The notes beneath the pieces were generated by a model that saw only the letters and a program-made list of their open reading frames with translations, made no database searches and had not been told where the DNA came from. Both the position numbers and the translations under genes were made by a program. Shown here in pieces: positions 54,162-57,737 of a DNA stretch of 57,737 nt (position 1 is its first letter; every line of letters starts with the position of its first letter). The stretch is from an uncultured Flavobacteriales bacterium (GTDB lineage Bacteria > Bacteroidota > Bacteroidia > Flavobacteriales > UBA7312), in contig CAXFOQ010000003.1 in NCBI GenBank assembly GCA_964004705.1, positions 1 to 57,737 on the forward strand, written 5' to 3'.

Positions 54162-56194
54162 TATGCTTCCTCCAATGCTTTAACTTTAGCTTCTAATGTT
54201 TCTATTTTGGATATTGCTTCCTGTAATGCTTTTGTAAGATGAGCAACTATACTTGTAGTATTAATTGAAAGACCATCTGTACCTTCAATATCTTTTTCTT
54301 TATCTGGTGCAACATACTCTTCGCCCATTACATCATTAGGTAAAATCTTTTGAACCTCTTGAGCTATAAAACCACCAAGACCATTTCCTTTAGCTTCATC
54401 TTTCCAATCAAAGATAACTGGTCTTAATTGTTTTATAATTGATATACCTTCAGATACATCTTTAATATTTTCTTTTAATTTTTCATCAGAAGTATCATTA
54501 AAATCACCAGAAGCTACTCCATCAAGCAGTGTAAATTGATTAAAGAAACCATTATTAGAAGCATTTGGTGTATAAAATCTCATACCTCTACGAAATATTA
54601 TTTCTCTACCATCGCCAGTAAAACCAGCATTTGCATTTACTCTTGGATTATAACCAAAACTAAAAGTTCCTTCAGATGCAGTATCATCTCTACCCATCAT
54701 AAATGCTTCATAGCCAGTTGAGTAACCCCAATTTGTTCCAGTAATACATTGATGCAAACTTCCAGAACCACCTTTTATTCTAAATTCTGCTGGGTTATTT
54801 GTATCCCCAGTTCTTGTTATTTGCATTGCTGGTACACCAACACATTTAAATTCTATATTTCCACCAGATTGTGGCGCATCAATAAAAGGTGTTCCATCTG
54901 TTTCAACACCCAAAACAAGCATTTTTGAACCACCACTAGATGTTTCTTCAAGTTTTATTCTAGGTGTTGTATCATTAATATGAACTGTATCATTTGCAGT
55001 TGGCGCTCTATTAACACCTACATGACCAGTGCTACTATCCACCCTAAATCTTACAGTATTAGCTTGACCGTCTGTTATTGCTAACAATGGATAACCAGCA
55101 CTTGCATTTAATGGTTCTTTTATTAAAACACCATACCCTGTAGCAGAAGTTGTGTTTTGAAATGTAGCTATGTAGTCTGTACCACTACCACTTACATCTA
55201 ATGCAGTTGCTGGACTTGCAGTACCAATTCCTACCCTATTGTTACTGCTATCAACTTTTAATGTTGATGTATCTACAGTTAAATCACCACTTACTGTAGC
55301 AGAGCTTAATGTACCAACTGCTGTAATATTTGTTTGTGATGCTGTTTGGATTGTACCTTCTAAATTTGCAACTAATGTTCCAGTTGTCATATTTAAATTA
55401 CCAGTGCTACTGGCATTTGATGTTGTTGTGCCTAATGCCCATTTATCTTCGGACTCGTCCCATATAAGTAATGCATCGTTGCCAGTAGAACCTCTTTCAA
55501 CAATTATTCCAGCATCATTAGAGTTTGATGTTGCGCCATGATTTAACCCTAATAAATTATCTTTGACTACTGTGTTTGTTGTATCAACTAATGTGGTTGT
55601 TCCAGACGCAGTTAAATTGCCATTGACAGTTGCATTACCACTAAAAACAACATTGCCTGTAAAAGTGCCTCCGGTGCTTGCTGGTACGGTGTCTGCAAGT
55701 TGAACTACCTTATATGCTAAAATGACTAATTCAGCGCTTGTCGTTGCCCCAGTGCCTAATATGACACTTGTTCCATTACTTGCAGTAAATTCGCTTTCGT
55801 CTAGCCTCACACCGTTGTAAAATACGTCGATATCTTGCACTGTATATGCAAGGGTATTTGAATTAGCATCACTGCCGGAAAATGTTTGCTGACCATTTGT
55901 AGCTACAAATTTAAATCGTTGTACTCTTTTATAGCCGGTATATACATCAACAGATCGCCCTAAATATCTAATAACAATGGTATCACCATTTGGTACATTC
56001 TCTGTAAAGGTTATTGAGTTGCCACTTGCTGTATAGGCTTCTGTAGGTTCTTGCACCACATTTCCAACAGTAACAATAATGCTATCGCTGTCTGGAACAT
56101 ATTGATTAAGTGTAAATGTTGCTGTTGAACCATTTGCACTTGTAATTGTTTGGCTATCTAACGCACCAAAATTTGGGCTTGAACCTATATACAT
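54161..56194 (-). CDS. Tail fibre/spike with C-terminal intramolecular-chaperone (peptidase S74-type) domain
   Basis: The C-terminus SDEKLKENIKDV...LRPVIFDWK...GFIAQEVQKILP...LEAKVKALEEA is the S74 autoproteolytic chaperone signature. The N-terminus is paralogous to 1014..2510. Confidence 0.8.
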   Translation of the reverse strand: MYIGSSPNFGALDSQTITSANGSTATFTLNQYVPDSDSIIVTVGNVVQEPTEAYTASGNSITFTENVPNGDTIVIRYLGRSVDVYTGYKRVQRFKFVATNGQQTFSGSDANSNTLAYTVQDIDVFYNGVRLDESEFTASNGTSVILGTGATTSAELVILAYKVVQLADTVPASTGGTFTGNVVFSGNATVNGNLTASGTTTLVDTTNTVVKDNLLGLNHGATSNSNDAGIIVERGSTGNDALLIWDESEDKWALGTTTSNASSTGNLNMTTGTLVANLEGTIQTASQTNITAVGTLSSATVSGDLTVDTSTLKVDSSNNRVGIGTASPATALDVSGSGTDYIATFQNTTSATGYGVLIKEPLNASAGYPLLAITDGQANTVRFRVDSSTGHVGVNRAPTANDTVHINDTTPRIKLEETSSGGSKMLVLGVETDGTPFIDAPQSGGNIEFKCVGVPAMQITRTGDTNNPAEFRIKGGSGSLHQCITGTNWGYSTGYEAFMMGRDDTASEGTFSFGYNPRVNANAGFTGDGREIIFRRGMRFYTPNASNNGFFNQFTLLDGVASGDFNDTSDEKLKENIKDVSEGISIIKQLRPVIFDWKDEAKGNGLGGFIAQEVQKILPNDVMGEEYVAPDKEKDIEGTDGLSINTTSIVAHLTKALQEAISKIETLEAKVKALEEA

Positions 56195-56730
56195 TAACTA
56201 CTCCATAATTTAAAATCATCTGCATAAAAAGTTTCTATTTTATCTTTGTATGTAGACTTTAATATACCAAGTGCTTCTTCATCTTTATCATGTGTACTTT
56301 CATTCCAATCTTTTTCAATTAATTTATAAATATCATCTTGGTATTGATGGTCTTTAAATATTGCTTTTAATGATTTTTGAATGTCAGCATCAAATTTGAT
56401 TGTCGTTCCAATAGTCTTATATTTATCTAACCAAGACTTTTGAGTTGTAAAATACTCATTAGGTGTACCATCTATTTGTGCAATGCCTTCTTTGATTTGG
56501 TCTGCTACATTAGTTTTGGTAAATATACCTTCACGATTATCCTCTGGTAATTTGTTTTTCTTATAAGCATAAGTACATTCTTTTATTGCTGACCAAAATC
56601 TTTCGTATGGTTCTCTGACTATAGCTATGTAATGTAAATCTGTATCTTCTTGTAAATAGTGATTTATCATTTGGCATAAAGTCACACCATTTTTTGGTAT
56701 GCCAATTAACTTGTAATTTATTTTATCCAT
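56194..56730 (-). CDS. Sulfotransferase-like protein
   Basis: IGIPKNGVT (5'-PSB-like PKxGxT) and IVREPYERFWSAI (3'-PB-like RxPxxRxxS). 178 aa. ATG overlaps the fibre... its stop overlaps the fibre ATG (TAATG). Confidence 0.5.
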   Translation of the reverse strand: MDKINYKLIGIPKNGVTLCQMINHYLQEDTDLHYIAIVREPYERFWSAIKECTYAYKKNKLPEDNREGIFTKTNVADQIKEGIAQIDGTPNEYFTTQKSWLDKYKTIGTTIKFDADIQKSLKAIFKDHQYQDDIYKLIEKDWNESTHDKDEEALGILKSTYKDKIETFYADDFKLWSS

Positions 56731-56738
56731 ACTTTTCC

Positions 56739-56920
56739 TTACAAATTTGCTGTAATTGGTTGGTCTTCAAATCTAGCATTTAAAAACATTCCATGAAGTC
56801 GAATAGTGCAAGATGCTTGTAGCAACATTCCAGTTGTAACTCTGATTTGCACAATACCATTATTTGAACCAGCAGATTTTGATGTTGTAATATCTGTATT
56901 AAAATAAAAATTATCTGGTT
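56739..56920 (-). CDS. 3' fragment of a fibre-like gene, truncated at the compositional junction; probable continuation of 1..715
   Basis: My own translation is open from 56918 to the TAA at 56739-56741: PDNFYFNTDITTSKSAGSNNGIVQIRVTTGMLLQASCTIRLHGMFLNARFEDQPITANL. Joining 56920 to position 1 keeps the frame. Confidence 0.5.
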
Positions 56921-56921
56921 A

Positions 56922-57230
56922 TACACATGGTATGATCCAGGCAAGGAAGCAGACGCGGCTCAAATATTAATTGATCAAGGAGCAGACATCATTGTACAAC
57001 ACACTGACACTTATGCACCTTGTCAGGTTGCACAAAAGAATGGTGTAAAAGCATTTGGTCAAGCATCAAACCAATATGATTTTTGTCCTGAAGCACACCT
57101 CACAGCAATCATTGATGAATGGGGACCATACTATGTTGCAAGAGCCAAAGCATTGGCAGAAGGCAAGCTCGATCCAATGCCCACAAGCTTCCCTGAAGCT
57201 CCTTACAGCATTTCAGCTGTAGCTGGCTGA
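56922..57230 (+). pseudogene. Internal fragment of a BMP-family ABC-transporter substrate-binding protein, 5'-truncated and with a non-homologous tail
   Basis: YTWYDPGKEADAAQILIDQGADIIVQHTDTYAPCQVAQKNGVKAFGQASN...LTAIIDEWGPYYVARAKALAEGK matches the conserved BMP/PnrA-type block. The last ~20 aa look unrelated. Confidence 0.6.
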
Positions 57231-57283
57231 TCACAGCAGATCAAAGCCTCACATCTGTGAGGCTCACCAACTCAATCGGAAAC

Positions 57284-57442
57284 ATGACAACTTCAACTCA
57301 AGCCCGATTCGGCTTCAGCAATCGTTGCGAAGAGCTGAACAAACAGCTGGCCATGTATCGCGCCTTTGGTGACATGGATGGGATGGCAGCCGTGACCCGC
57401 GAGCTGCAGATGGACGCCTACGCCTGCCCGGTAAAGATCTGA
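57284..57442 (+). CDS. Small hypothetical ORF in GC-rich foreign segment
   Basis: 52 aa from the ATG (MTTSTQARFGFSNRCEELNKQLAMYRAFGDMDGMAAVTRELQMDAYACPVKI). GC-rich codon usage unlike the phage. Confidence 0.35.
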   Translation: MTTSTQARFGFSNRCEELNKQLAMYRAFGDMDGMAAVTRELQMDAYACPVKI

Positions 57443-57737
57443 CCAGGGTCGATCTGGGTAGATGGCACAAGAAAGTTTGAGACGGTCCTGTCACGGTGTC
57501 ACCGGTTGTCACCGCTGGTGACAGGGCATATCGGCTGTGTTGCAGTCGTAAGCCCAATTGCGTTGTGCCTGAGCATCCGGCGCCGAGTAATCGGCTCAGG
57601 CGGGCGCGGCGGAACGTAGTGATAAGTCCTGATGGCGACCCACTGCGCATGCACCGTCGCCGTGTCGGGCTTGAAGTGACAGAGCTTCTGCTACTGCTGC
57701 TCGGAGTACAGCCACCCTTCAACGGATTTAGTCCAGG

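Larger units (their letters stand above)
1..56920. mobile_element. Near-complete AT-rich tailed-phage genome (siphovirus-like; P22-type coat, lambda/GTA-like tail module), probably circularly permuted in this window
   Basis: Contiguous packaging, head, fibre, tail, lysis and replication/recombination modules. Uniform AT-rich composition ends abruptly near 56920. Confidence 0.85.

Noticed and set aside
57315-57722. 135-aa minus-strand ORF in the GC-rich end.
   Set aside because: It has the Arg/Ser/Pro-rich composition typical of spurious ORFs in GC-rich DNA. It overlaps the more plausible plus-strand ORF and the hairpin-rich region.

Overview
Positions 1-56,920 are one AT-rich tailed-phage genome (siphovirus-like). 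After it come about 0.8 kb of compositionally foreign DNA. Nearly all late genes are on the minus strand:
- Packaging and head: terS, terL, portal, a 1,689-aa MuF-fusion protein, scaffold, P22-type coat, connector.
- About 9-10 kb of paralogous tail-fibre-like genes.
- Neck proteins, tail tube, G/GT chaperones with a -1 frameshift site, tape measure, lambda M/L/K/J-like tip proteins.
- A lysis cassette: GH108 endolysin, EF-hand membrane protein, holin-like protein.

The early/middle region (19.6-36.2 kb) encodes:
- a primase-helicase, DUF1376, RusA, a YqaJ exonuclease, an annealing protein and SSB;
- a DUF932 protein and HTH proteins;
- a nuclease-like / ParB-methyltransferase / SAM-decarboxylase (speD) operon;
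- a SleB-type hydrolase.

I recognised no DNA polymerase, integrase, tRNA or CRISPR array.

Main observations:
1. A 29-bp promoter with a perfect 8-1-8 palindrome (TAGTGCCA-A-TGGCACTA) in its 17-bp spacer recurs at least 8 times at the heads of early units.
2. The giant MuF fusion carries an atypical kinase-like segment.
3. Canonical EF-hand loops occur in both the endolysin and the adjacent membrane protein.
4. A sulfotransferase-like gene sits inside the fibre cluster.
5. speD is translationally coupled to a ParB-fused DNA methyltransferase.
6. A fibre gene appears to be split across the window ends, which suggests circular permutation.
7. There are two abrupt junctions at the right end: phage to a BMP-family binding-protein fragment, then to GC-rich cyanobacterium-like DNA. 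This suggests a chimeric assembly.

All functional calls come from motifs read by eye. No database search was run.
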